In this document: piece after piece, positions 40,649-52,426 of the stretch
Layout of the letters: every line of letters starts with the position of its first letter
Numbering within the stretch: position 1 is the first letter of the stretch
NCBI RefSeq assembly: GCF_964204645.1
Contig: NC_134025.1
Coordinates: forward strand, 11,718,001-11,782,000
From: Tubulanus polymorphus
Lineage: Eukaryota; Animalia; Nemertea
DNA: 64,000 bases
Direction: 5' to 3'
Made by a program: the position numbers and the translations under genes
Notes under the pieces: generated by a model
Database searches by the model: none
Told to the model about the DNA's origin: nothing
The model's input: the letters and a program-made list of their open reading frames with translations, nothing else

Positions 40649-41914
40649 ATGTGAAATTAGTATACGGTATATATTGAATTTAGTATATAAATGGAATAAC
40701 TTGACATCGGATCTGGACGGAACACGCGAGTGCCTTGAGCAAAGTTGCCGATTCTGTCCGAGAAACAACACGTCAGACCGTCGCCTTATGCATGTGCAGA
40801 ACATAACGAAGATAAGAAGAATAACCATTTATCACGAAATTGATGATAAATAAAAGTTTATTGCATACGATAAAAACAATAGGTAAAATATAAAGCTGTT
40901 ATTATCGATACTATAATCAATACAATATACGTACTTATAAATACTAGCGTACAATAAAAACAATTGGTAAAATATAATAAATTGCCCATGGGCAAAGTGT
41001 GGTTTACCTTGAATGCTAGAGGTTGTTTGGAGCAAGGGCATTGCTTGAAAAATCCTTTTAATTCGTGACTTCAAAGTTCTACAAGTTTAAATTGTATTTT
41101 ATCTTTCTTAAAGAATTATTTTGTAGTAAAATAAGACGAAAGATATACATTTGTTTACGGTCCACGTCCGAAATTTCGTAGGGTACAGGCGCGGCAGGGA
41201 AATTATTTTATATTTTCAAAAAATATTTTTCACAATATGAAAAAATATTCAAATAAAATTTATACGATGTCACCAATCAGAGGGTAGCTGAATATTGAGT
41301 CTTGGAAACCTCTTCCAATGTATGGCCGCGGAAACTAAAATACCGGTACAGTAAGAAATCGGCGTATTAGATCGTCCTGGAATTTACTACTACAATATTC
41401 AGACCTCGATCTATACCTATAGTTTGCTGCTTAGTATTATCAGGTCACAAGAAATTACAATTCATTACAAATTCTATCAGACAGAAAACACAGCGCTCAT
41501 CTTCTGGTCAAACGTAGGTGCCGGCAAGCACGCACAAATCTATATCACCATCGCCGGTGCGCAGCGAATCCAGCGAGCTTTCTAGCGAAGAGGTAGAAAA
41601 GCAAGAAGAGGAAAACGAAGATGAGGGAAAAAGTCACAGCAAGACCACTACTCTATCGAGGGGAGAGTAACTTCCTCACCACAACCGGTATCCGTGGGAG
41701 CCAAAATTTTCGAACACGTGCACACTGATGATTTATTTTCGATCCAATTTCCAAATGAAAATGATTTTGAAGAAATAGCAGACGATGAAAGCTTTCAAAT
41801 CGATACAAGGCAGTTAAACAAATTGCAAAAACAATTAATCGAAAACGAAATAAAAAGCATCTGCGCAGAAAAGAAAGACGCGGATAGGTTGATAAACGCT
41901 TTTTTTATCACCGA

Positions 41915-43755
41915 TGCTTAACCTCACATGAGGGGGGAATGACAGTCATTCGCGTAACCTTGACTGACGAAGACTTGCCCAAATTGACGGTATGGTTGAA
42001 GTAAATTGCATCGGCACCTGGTAACAAAAGGGCCTTTCTTGCATAATCAATAACTGCCTGGTTTTGTTCTAAGAAATCGGCTCCAAGAATTGCATCAGAC
42101 GTGATACCGTACATAGAGTGCGAAATTTGCAAATTGCCTATACAAAATCCACAGAAATAACTCCGAGATTTAGTTCCATCTACCCCACGGGCAGATTGGA
42201 ATTGACCCACCTGCAAAGGGCCATTTGATATCTGAGGATCAGTCGTGAAATAATTGTTTGATAATACAGAAATTTTGGCGCCCGTGTCAATCAAAATACT
42301 TAACGGTGTTCCTGAATGACAACCTGTCACTCGGTTGGCAACAGTTGCCATAATTGACGGGGAATAAGCCTCCTGTCCAAAGGTGTTATTTTTACAGGAA
42401 AAAGACTCGATGTCGTTGGTTGACGAATCATCTAAACCGGTTGTAACAAGTGGGAATGGTTCCTGACAGTGGACAGTTGGTTGACACTGGTTGACATTTG
42501 AGTTCGAATTTCCTATCCCAACATTGTCGTTGATTGGTGTAATCGGTTTAGACGTGGGGACAACCTCTGTCCTGTTCGTTGGACATTCCATCACCAACCG
42601 GATGATGAAAACTACTAGTCTTTGAGGTGACAGGACGATCCTGTTCTTTTTCGAATAACTGACAACAATTTTCCGACGTTGACTCCTGATTTGATACATT
42701 TGACAAGATAGTCCTTGTATTATCATGATCATTACGACATTCCGACCGTGAACTGTTATTACTTAAATCTGATGACACAAGGTCACATTGTACCGCTGAT
42801 ACGGAAGTTACTGGGTACTTATACTGACCAAGAGTGTGTTCATGACAATTGAAATGAGACTTTTTATCTCTAAAAAGGTTATCTTCTGCCGAATCCGTCG
42901 GACCATTAACGCCTCTAGGGTGTGACCTATCGATTCAAAACTTGTCACCCAAGCACGCCATATCAGTACGTACCTGCTGCAATTCAACCGGATCGCTGAA
43001 CGTGACCCTCCTGTGTCTTTTTACAGGCTCTTTAGTAACCGACAACTGGGAATTATCCCTCCTGTTGTCCTCAAAATTGGATCCTTGATCCATATAAAAA
43101 TTTCCATCTAATGACAACTTGGAATTGTCCCTCCAGCTGTCCCCAAAGTTACGATCCTGAATGTCATAAACGTCATCGGCACCCCATGAAGGAATGTGAT
43201 AACCAATAAACTCATCTAAATGTATAAATTCATTGTCATCAAAGTAATCTGCATTACAGTTCTCCTCAGGTTCAAAATAACAAGATAATGAGTCACCTAG
43301 AATATCGCCTTGATCAAACGACAAGTCAAATATACCATCCTTTTCGTCCATCATAATCAAAAATATAAATTGAAGAAAACGCCGTCAATACCAAACGAGG
43401 GTCGTGGAAGATGGCTGAAATCGTATAGACATACGCCGGTGATGATAACTTTGTTCGCGTTGTTGATGTAAGGTGTGCTGATGGAAGTGTTCTCAAACGT
43501 CCCATTACGAAATCAGTGCTCCTGATGAAGAGAACCGAGAGAATGGACTTGATATAATTCGTGGTTAAGCGTTCATATAAGACATTTCGCATGTTCCAGA
43601 ACGTTCTGATGTTCGAAAACAAACATTTATTGCTAGTTAGCGTGAGAACTCTAATTCGTGTTTCGTTGTCAATTGTCGGACTGTCGTTGTCTTATCTAAG
43701 GTAACCCGAATATGAGTCGTCCCACCAAAAATCACTCCTTATCGCCGAATCGTAT
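41915..43755 (-). pseudogene. Gypsy host copy (family A-related): acidic spacer and aspartic protease, decayed
   Basis: Inverted homologue of ~46610-48170; LIDTGAKISV and ILGADFL; stops and frameshifts. Confidence 0.85.
43365..43700 (+). pseudogene. BEL/Pao pol C-terminal fragment embedded in the Gypsy copy
   Basis: RGSWKMAEIV*TYAGDDNFVRVVDVRCADGSVLKRPITKSVLL, a BEL C-terminal pattern. Confidence 0.7.
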
Positions 43756-45017
43756 TGATCCACAGCTAGATTTTCGTAGTAACTGAAAATGTTTCGTAGT
43801 ATTTAGAAATGTTCTTAATGTTGTTTCCGTATGCGTGGGGGTTACGCTAAAGCCGTCAGACAAGAACGTACTAGTAGTAAGAATTACGAAAGTTCTTGTT
43901 TGATGCTTTCATCTACCAACGCAAACCATAAATCAGTCTATAAACAACAATTCTTTCTCGGTTCTTCTGCTGTGAGATCTGGCAAACATTCAGAAAATCT
44001 TTATATAAAACTTTTAAATAGTTGGAACCATATTTGGTTGGGTCGGAACAATGGAGTGTATTTATAATGAGGCTCGTGAAGGGATCACGCTGATACTTGA
44101 TGATATTCCCGGCTACTTTCCGTAAAAGGAAAAACCGGAAGTTTAGGAAGATGTGGTTGTTTTGCTTATCCTGTATTAAAATAGAATTAGTTAAATTGTA
44201 GATAAAATAATTAGTATAAGTATTTCAAATAATTTAAGAATTGATAATCAATCACAATGTATTCCGAATCGTAGTTAATTATAATAATTAAAAAAGAAAC
44301 AATGAATTTGTACTGTAATTAGAAAAGAAAACAAAGTTTTGAAAAGATATTTAATTTGAATATCCTAGATGTTAAATGAGAACAAAGTCTCTATAATCGC
44401 TAATGTTTTAGACAAATTAATTTGTGTTAAATGTTAAAACTAGCTGTCTGAAGTTTCTGTTGTCTGTATGCGCTCGTTGGTAATTCACAGACAATAGCTG
44501 CTCTCTCAACAACGACTAGCAAGGAGTGAGTAAATCACAACGCGTCATGACAGGAGGGTTGGAAGGAAAAAGTTAGTTTAGCAAATCAGTTTTGAAAATA
44601 ATTTTAGATCAGCGAATCATTAAGGCCAAATTCTATATGACCAAAACAGTCACGACAGTAACGTTGCTGCTCCTTGCCAAAAGTCGAGTGGGAGAGTCGG
44701 TATTTTAAGAATGCCGATTCTTTCTGTAAAAGGGACCCGCATCTTGAGAGAGCAGTTAATCGGGAGAATCTGTACCTTAGTAAGACGAGTGTCGACAGCA
44801 GGACAGGAGAAGCTTCGGAACGATAGGGATTCATATAATAGGGATTAGGAAAATCATTCTCAGGTTCAAGGTAAATAGAATATATTATCTTCAATATTAT
44901 CATCCGGTATTTCAGTTTATTCATTCAGATTTGTGCACGGACACGTTCTCTCGCCAGGGCCTTACTCAAGTATTTTAATAGATAACGATTAAAGAGAGGA
45001 TTGTGACCGGTGTATCA
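43756..45017 (+). repeat. Gypsy A 5' LTR
   Basis: Direct repeat of 49974-51227. Confidence 0.93.
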
Positions 45018-45018
45018 C

Positions 45019-45031
45019 TGGTGCCGAAACC
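45019..45031 (+). promoter_or_regulatory. tRNA-Phe primer binding site
   Basis: TGGTGCCGAAACC, complementary to the 3' end of eukaryotic tRNA-Phe, 1 nt after the LTR. Confidence 0.85.
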
Positions 45032-45176
45032 ATATTGATTAATTATTGTGTCGAGCTTTTATTATTTGTAATTTATTAATTTTAATGGTTCGAATTTTTA
45101 TTTGTTCACACTGTGGTGAGAAGAACGCTTTTTCAAAGAAGCGCCGCACTCCAGTAAACAGGCCGACACAGGCATT

Positions 45177-45429
45177 GTGGGATTCGAACCCACCCCGTGC
45201 ATGACCATTTCAGATCCCGGAGGAACTTCGAGAGCCGTCGTGGGATTCGAACCCACCACTGCACGCTCATGTGTAATACCGGAGGAGTGTCGGGGACCTC
45301 TGTGGGATTCTAACCCACTCGCCATGCAGGTCGACACCGATGGGGCTGCACTACAGCCATTGAGGGGTTCGAACCCTCCACCTTGTGAATTGCCAAAACC
45401 GTCCAGCCAGGATGGGGAATCGAACCTAC
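45177..45429 (+). repeat. Array of 5 T-arm/B-box-like hairpins (GGGATTCGAACCC) in Gypsy leader
   Basis: Units at 45177, 45240, 45302, 45362, 45413. Confidence 0.8.
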
Positions 45430-45496
45430 ATCTGTTTTTTTGGGTTGGAAAATTTTAAAATGTTATTTTAGATTAGTATTCGTTTAAAGATATACA

Positions 45497-46562
45497 ATGT
45501 CGACTGGAGGGGAGACGACGTACGGTGCGGGTGGCTCACGGGAACGATCCGCTGTAAGCAACGACACTGTTCTGCAGGCCCTCTCTGGCCTTCGCGAACA
45601 GGTGGACACAGCCACGGCGTTCATGAATTTCTCTTTGCTCCCTAAATTTACGGGACGAGACGACCAGTGCGTCACTGATTGGTTCAGAGGATTTGACCGT
45701 TTGGCCGATCTAAGGGGTTGGAACGATGACGCTAAAAAGAAACAGTTGTATTGGTTTTTGGCTGGCCCGGCCCTAATCTTATTTAATGATCTTCGAATTG
45801 ATCAGGGTATCGATGCGACCGGTAGAAATATTGCCACTCCCTGGGAGCATATTGTTCATGCATTTTGTTTACAATTTAGCCCCACCTCGTGGGCTTTGGT
45901 CAAGGAGTCGGCTTTGACGACGATGCGACAGGGGGAGACAACCGGTCGATAGGTTTGCGGAAGAGATTGATCGTGTGGCCTCGAGTTTGAAATTTTCGGA
46001 CCACCAGAAAAAGATGTTACTAATTAACAACTCTCGCCCTGACATCTCTGTCTACCTGTTGTCACAGCGTCCGACGACATTTAGGGATGCATGGGAGGCA
46101 GCCAGAATGGCGGAGCATATCGAACAACGTAAAGCTCTGTCGTCTCCCAAGGTATCGCAAATTGGGACCGAACCAAATAAAGCGATGGGTGATGTCATGA
46201 CTGAGCTACGGGACATGTTTCGCCAGATCATGGACACTCAAAAATCTACCCGTACTCAGCGAAATGATAGAGGTACCTACTATAGTGAGAACCGTCAATC
46301 ACAAAGGTCGCAAGATGGACAGGTGGTGTGCTATCAATGTCACGCCCCTGGTCATTACGCCAGGAATTGCCCGACGTGGCGTTACGACCAACAAAGGTCA
46401 CGGGTCTCGCCAAACCGGGACGCATTTCAGTGTGATAATCGCCGGCCCCAAAATTCTGGTAGGGGTCAGTTTCGGTCACAGAATCTTGGGCATGATTCCC
46501 AACGGGTTAATCGAACATTTGGTCAGGGAAACGACCGGAGACCTCATCCTATGGACCGATAA
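45497..46562 (+). pseudogene. Gypsy gag (capsid + CCHC knuckle), one frameshift near 45945
   Basis: LPKFTGRDDQCVTDWFRGF...GW...FLAGPAL; MRQGET; CYQCHAPGHYARNC. Confidence 0.88.
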
Positions 46563-46587
46563 GGGTGGGGTCGCGCAATGAATGGTC
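46526..46587 (+). promoter_or_regulatory. -1 ribosomal frameshift signal (G GGA AAC + stem-loop/pseudoknot)
   Basis: Heptamer 46526-46532 is in gag frame; 7-nt spacer; 11-bp stem 46540-46550/46562-46572; the -1 frame is open into the 647-aa ORF. Confidence 0.75.
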
Positions 46588-48508
46588 AACTGAGCCCTCG
46601 CCGGACTCGTTAATAAGGAGTGATTATTGGTGGGATGACACATATTCGGGTTATCATAGTTATGATAATGACAGTCCGGTAATTGATAGTTATATCTGTG
46701 ATGATGATGATTATTTTGAGGACGATAGGGATGATATATTTGACATGTCATTTGATCAGGGCGACATGCTAGCTGACTCATTTTCTCTTTATTTTGAACC
46801 TGAGGGGAACTGTAATGCAGATTACTTAGATGACACTGAACCTTTACATTTAGATAAGTTTATTGATTATCACACTCCTTCATGGGGTGCCGATGACGTT
46901 TATGACATTCAAGATCGTAACTTTGGGGATAGCTGGAGGGACAATTCTCAGTTGTCGTTAGATGGAAATTTTTATATGGATCAGGGATCCAATTTTGAGG
47001 ACATCTGGAAGGACAATTCCCAGTTGTCGGCTACTTACGGGCATATAAATAGACACAGGAGGGTTACGTTTAGCGATCCGGTTAAATTGCAGGAGGTACG
47101 TGCTGATATGGCGTGCTCAGGTGACAATCTTAGTATTGATAGGTCGCACCCTAGAGGGGTTAATGGTCCGACGGTTTCGGCAGAAGATGACCTTTTTAGA
47201 GATAGGAAGTCTCATTTGGATTGTCACAAAGGCGCTCTTGGTCAGCATAGGTACCCAACAACCTTCGAATCAGCAATACAATGTGATCTTGTGTCATCAG
47301 GTTCAAGTAGTAGTAATAATTCACGATCGGAATGTCTTAATGATCAGAGCAATATGGAAACTATTTTGTCAAAGATATCTAGTCAGGAGTCAATGTCGGA
47401 GAATTTGTGTCACTCGTTTGAAAGAGGACAGAACTTTCCTGTCACCTCAAATGCCAGCAGTTTTCACCATCCAGTTGGGGATGGAATGTCCCATGAACAG
47501 GACAGAGGTCAAGTTGTCCTCACGTCTAAACCGAATATGCCAATCAACGAAAAGGTTGGGATAGGAGATTCGAACTCCGATTGTCAACCAACTGTTCACT
47601 GTCAGGAACAATTTCCACCTGTTATGATGACTTTAGGTTACACGTCAACCAACGACATAGGGTCCTTTTCCAGTCAGAACAACACTATTGGACAGGAGGC
47701 TTATTCCCCGTCAATCATGGCAACTGCCGCCAACCGAGTGACTGGTAGTCATTCAGGGACACCGTTAAACATTTTGATTGATACGGGTGCCGATATTTCT
47801 GTAGTGTCAAACAATTACTTCATCAATCATCCTCAGATATCGAATGGCCCTTTGCAGGAGGGACAATTTCAGTCCGCCCGTGGGGTAGATGGTACTAAGT
47901 TTTATTTAAAAGGTGTTATTTCCGTAGATTTTGTATTAGGAAATTTGGACGTGTCGCACTCTATGTACGTGGTCGACGGTATCACGTCCGATGTAATTCT
48001 CGGAGTTGATTTCCTGGAACGAAACCAGGCAGTTATCGATTATGCTAAAAAGGCTCTCTTGTTGCCAGGCGCCGACATAATTTACTTTAGTAATGATGTC
48101 ATCTTGGGGAAATCTTCGTCGGTTAAAGTCACGCGTATGACTGTTATTCCCCCTTCATGCGATGTCACCGTAGACCGTAAGTGGTTAATTGACAAGTCTC
48201 AGTCATCGATTGCAGCCTTTGAGCCTGTTCATGATTTGAGAATGCGTGATCTCATGAGCGCAAGGTCAGTTGTTAGCGTCATGCCATCAAGGCATAGGCT
48301 TCGACTCACGAACCCTACGTCACGACACGTCTCCCTCTTTGAAGATACGTGTCGTAGTGATTCGTGGACAGATGGGTGGTCACTTGACCGATCACTCAAA
48401 ACAGAGGCGAAGTCAGGACAGCTTCCTCGGCCACCGGAGGTGTCTATCACACATGTGGAAGACCCTCAGACGTCAGACGAAATTTGTAAGTATAATCGAA
48501 TTATTTAG
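46565..48508 (+). CDS. Gypsy pol N-part: ~400-aa acidic spacer + retropepsin, truncated before RT
   Basis: LIDTGADISVV and VILGVDFL; the ORF ends without RT motifs. Confidence 0.85.
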   Translation: MGSRNEWSTEPSPDSLIRSDYWWDDTYSGYHSYDNDSPVIDSYICDDDDYFEDDRDDIFDMSFDQGDMLADSFSLYFEPEGNCNADYLDDTEPLHLDKFIDYHTPSWGADDVYDIQDRNFGDSWRDNSQLSLDGNFYMDQGSNFEDIWKDNSQLSATYGHINRHRRVTFSDPVKLQEVRADMACSGDNLSIDRSHPRGVNGPTVSAEDDLFRDRKSHLDCHKGALGQHRYPTTFESAIQCDLVSSGSSSSNNSRSECLNDQSNMETILSKISSQESMSENLCHSFERGQNFPVTSNASSFHHPVGDGMSHEQDRGQVVLTSKPNMPINEKVGIGDSNSDCQPTVHCQEQFPPVMMTLGYTSTNDIGSFSSQNNTIGQEAYSPSIMATAANRVTGSHSGTPLNILIDTGADISVVSNNYFINHPQISNGPLQEGQFQSARGVDGTKFYLKGVISVDFVLGNLDVSHSMYVVDGITSDVILGVDFLERNQAVIDYAKKALLLPGADIIYFSNDVILGKSSSVKVTRMTVIPPSCDVTVDRKWLIDKSQSSIAAFEPVHDLRMRDLMSARSVVSVMPSRHRLRLTNPTSRHVSLFEDTCRSDSWTDGWSLDRSLKTEAKSGQLPRPPEVSITHVEDPQTSDEICKYNRII

Positions 48509-49973
48509 AGTTTGGATCAAGATGCATACGTCCTATTGAAAATTATGAATTGTATACGGTAAGCGTCTCTTCAGTAAGTTATCGAAATATAATTACATAA
48601 GTGTTGTGAAACTGAAGTATATATAACGCATTGTTGCCAATGAGTTAACTCCTGATCTGGGTTTAATCTAATATAGGAGATAAAGACAACCATAAATAAA
48701 GTGAATAATAGCTTGATTGTCGTGATATTGGTTTTTTTTTCGCTGAAATATCACTAGTCTCTAGGGTTTATTATCCGTAGTCTGAATGGATGTCATTGAT
48801 TGTCAGTTAGAAAAGAAAGAGTTATGAAATTTTTATATAATCTCTGTGTTTTTATTTGATTGTAAGGTACCCTTATCGGATTTGTGAAGATGAGACCGTC
48901 GGGATATGACAGCACTACGATGGAAGAATGTCTTCTTCTGTCAACCGCAATAGATGTTGACGGGTACCCCCCTGATAGTGACCATATGGAGATGGGGACT
49001 TGTTGGGAGGTATCCTGAAACTCTATTCGACGCAACTGATAGTATGATAAACCAGCAACTGGTATGCTCTGGTCGAGATGGGTGATATTAATTCACCGAT
49101 TCGTCAATTAACGAGGAAAAAGGAACAACTATATACAGCCTACAACAACGATCTAGGGCGTTGCTGTTTCAACGGGATGGAATCATGCTCGATGATTAGT
49201 CATGCGATTCTGGCCATTGTTAGTGGTGTTTGTCACTCTCGAAGACCTGTTATATACTCACAAACTTAAGTGATGAAGGGTGGACAAAGACACCTGGCCA
49301 ATGCGATACGAAATATGAAGAAAAGTGATAATTTCCGTAGACATTTTAGCGGAGTAAAGCCGAGTGTGCTCAAGATGGCTCCCGTGTAGTTACATTAACA
49401 TTCGATGGAATGTTGTTCGCTCAAGCCGTAAGATGCGAATACATTACTGTTCCGTTTCTATATTAACTGTGGAGAAAAGACTCCGATATAGTAACCGTAG
49501 TACTATAGCGTCTATGAATAACGAGCAAGTATCAGCTGAACATCAATGCGTTTTGCCGTACTATCGACGTTGCAGTACGCGCTTCGAGGAACTGCGGTGG
49601 ATGACGTCATTCGTCCGTCCATGACGTACTTTGTTGTGTCTGGTAGCTGTTGCGTCACTTCGCGGTAAATTCTAAACTCAAACTGTGAACTGTTTTGTGC
49701 TTAACTTTCGACTGTTTAGTGTGCGGGGACAGCGGTCTCGAATGAACTTTTTTCCGATTGGGTATCCAGAACTTTAAATGCGGTTTTATGATAAACTATA
49801 TCATGAACTTTAATATGCGTTGTAGTGTCGAACTCTAAGAAATAGTTACTCGTTATAATGAATTGTTTACTAATGTTCTTTTTCAGGATTTGTTCTAGAG
49901 GTATCAGCGGGATATTCACGAGTTGGTTTAAATTCAAAATTTCGGGACGAAATTTAAACTGGATAGGGAGTGT

Positions 49974-51227
49974 TGATCCACAGCTAGATTTTCGTAGTAA
50001 CTGAAAATGTTTCGTAGTATTTAGAAATGTTCTTAATGTTGTTTCCGTATGCGTGGGGGTTACGCTAAAGCCGTCAGACAAGAACGTACTAGTAGTAAGA
50101 ATTACGAAAGTTCTTGTTTGATGCTTTCATCTACCAACGCAAACCATAAATCAGTCTATAAACAACAATTCTTTCTTGGTTCTTCTGCTGTGAGATCTGG
50201 CAAACATTCAGAAAATCTTTATATAAAACTTTTAAATAGTTGGAACCATATTTGGTTGGGTCGGAACAATGGAGTGTATTTATAATGAGGCTCGTGAAGG
50301 GATCACGCTGATACTTGATGATATTCCCGGCTACTTTCCGTAAAAGGAAAAACCGGAAGTTTAGGAAGATGTGGTTGTTTTGCTTATCCTGTATTAAAAT
50401 AGAATTAGTTAAATTGTAGATAAAATAATTAGTATAAGTATTTCAAATAATTTAAGAATTGATAATCAATCACAATGTATTCCGAATCGTAGTTAATTAT
50501 AATAATTAAAAAAGAAACAATGAATTTGTACTGTAATTAGAAAAGAAAACAAAGTTTTGAAAAGATATTTAATTTGAATATCCTAGATGTTAAATGAGAA
50601 CAAAGTCTCTATAATCGCTAATGTTTTAGAAAAAATTTGTGTTAAATGTTAAAACTAGCTGTCTGAAGTTTCTGTTGGCTGTATGCGCTCGTTGGTAATT
50701 CACAGACAATAGCTGCTCTCTCAACAACGACTAGCAAGGAGTGAGTAAATCACAACGCGTCATGACAGGAGGGTTGGAAGGAAAAAGTTAGTTTAGCAAA
50801 TCAGTTTTGAAAATAATTTTAGATCAGCGAATCATTAAGGCCAAATTCTATATGACCAAAACAGTCACGACAGTAACGTTGCTGCTCCTTGCCAAAAGTC
50901 GAGTGGGAGAGTCGGTATTTTAAGAATGCCGATTCTTTCTGTAAAAGGGACCCGCATCTTGAGAGAGCAGTCAATCGGGAGAATCTGTACCTTAGTAAGA
51001 CGAGTGTCGACAGCAGGACAGGAGAAGCTTCGGAACGGATTCATATAATAGGGATTAGGAAAATCATTCTCAGGTTCAAGGTAAATAAAATATATTATCT
51101 TCAATATTATCATCCGGTATTTCAGTTTATTCATTCGGATTTGTGCACGGACACGTTCTCTCGCCAGGGCCTTACTCAAGTATTTTAATAGATAACAATT
51201 AAAGAGAGGATTGTGACCGGTGTATCA
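49974..51227 (+). repeat. Gypsy A 3' LTR
   Basis: Direct repeat of 43756-45017, preceded by a polypurine tract. Confidence 0.93.
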
Positions 51228-51231
51228 GTAT

Positions 51232-52120
51232 CATTTCACGACCCCACCCTTGTCGGTCCAAAGGATGAGGTCTCTGGCCGTTTCCCTGACCAAGTGTTCG
51301 ATTAATCCCTTGAGAACCACGCCCAATATTCGGTGACCGAAACTGACCCCTACCAGAATTTGTGTGACATTGATGGCACACCACCTGCCCATCTTGTGAC
51401 CTTTGTGATGGACGGTTTTAACTATAGTAGATACCTCTATCATTCCGCTGAGTATGGGTAGACTTTTGTGTGTCCATGATCTGGCAAAACATGTCCCGTA
51501 GCTCAGTCATGACATCTCCTATCGCCTTATTTGGTTCGGACCCAATTTGCGATACCTTGGGAGACAACAGAGCCTTTCGTTGTTCAATATGTTCAGCCAT
51601 TCTGGCTGCTTCCCATGCATCCCCAAACGTCGTAGGACGCTGTGACAACAAATAGACAGAAATTTCAGGGCTGGAGTTATTGATTAATAACATTTTTTCT
51701 GATGGTCTGAAAACTTCAATCTCCTCCGCAAACCTATCGACCGGTTGCGTTTCCCCCTGTCGCATTGTTCTCAAGGCTGACTCTTTGACCAAGGCCCACG
51801 AGGTGGGGCTGAATTGTGTACAAAATGCATGGACAATATGGTCCCAGGGAATGAAAATTTTAGCGCCGGTTAAATCGGTTCCCTGATCAATGTGGAGGTC
51901 ATAGAATAGAACTAGGGCTGGGCCAGCCAAAAACCAATATAACTGTTTCTTTTGGCGGTTTCATCCCAGCCTCTCAGATCGGCCAAACGATTGAACCCTC
52001 TGAACCAATCAGACGCACTGACCGTCCCGTCCCATCAATTTAGGGAGCATGGAGAAGTTCATAAAGGCAGTGGCGGTATCCACCTGTTCGCCTAGGCCCA
52101 GAACCATGTCATTACTAATT
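51232..52120 (-). pseudogene. Gypsy host copy gag (continues into 43755 and below once element A is removed)
   Basis: Inverted homologue of 45550-46580, including the GGGAAAC heptamer and stem. Confidence 0.85.
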
Positions 52121-52426
52121 GGGGGGGGGGGGGGTGACCCTGTGGGACCCCGTCGGTAGGGGTTTGCCTCTGCAAACTACCCACATCATCTGGCCAGTAT
52201 GCTGTCACGCTTCTAGTTGCCATTTCAACCAGAGTAAATCAAATTATTATTGATCCCTACTATGATACTATTTTAAATACTAAACCTGATTCTGATGATC
52301 AGCCCAATGAAACAGGTTTTCCCAAGTACGGGCAACCTCTTCCACCATGAATTCTTCCCTTAATAATGCCTTAATAATGACGAAAGAATGTCGTCAATCG
52401 CCTCAAAAGTTCACAAGGTGCAAGGG

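Larger units (their letters stand above)
43756..51227 (+). mobile_element. LTR-complete non-autonomous Ty3/Gypsy element (family A): LTR-PBS-accessory region-gag-PR-LTR
   Basis: LTRs 43756-45017 and 49974-51227 (TGAT...ATCA, highly similar); 4-bp TSD GTAT at 43752-43755 and 51228-51231; PBS 45019-45031; PPT ggatagggag at 49961-49970; no RT/RH/IN motifs seen. Confidence 0.92.

Noticed and set aside
41560-41915. Acidic/coiled ORF fragment (DDLFSIQFPNENDFEEIADD)
   Set aside because: Looks coding-like, but no family is recognisable and it is truncated by the Gypsy copy.
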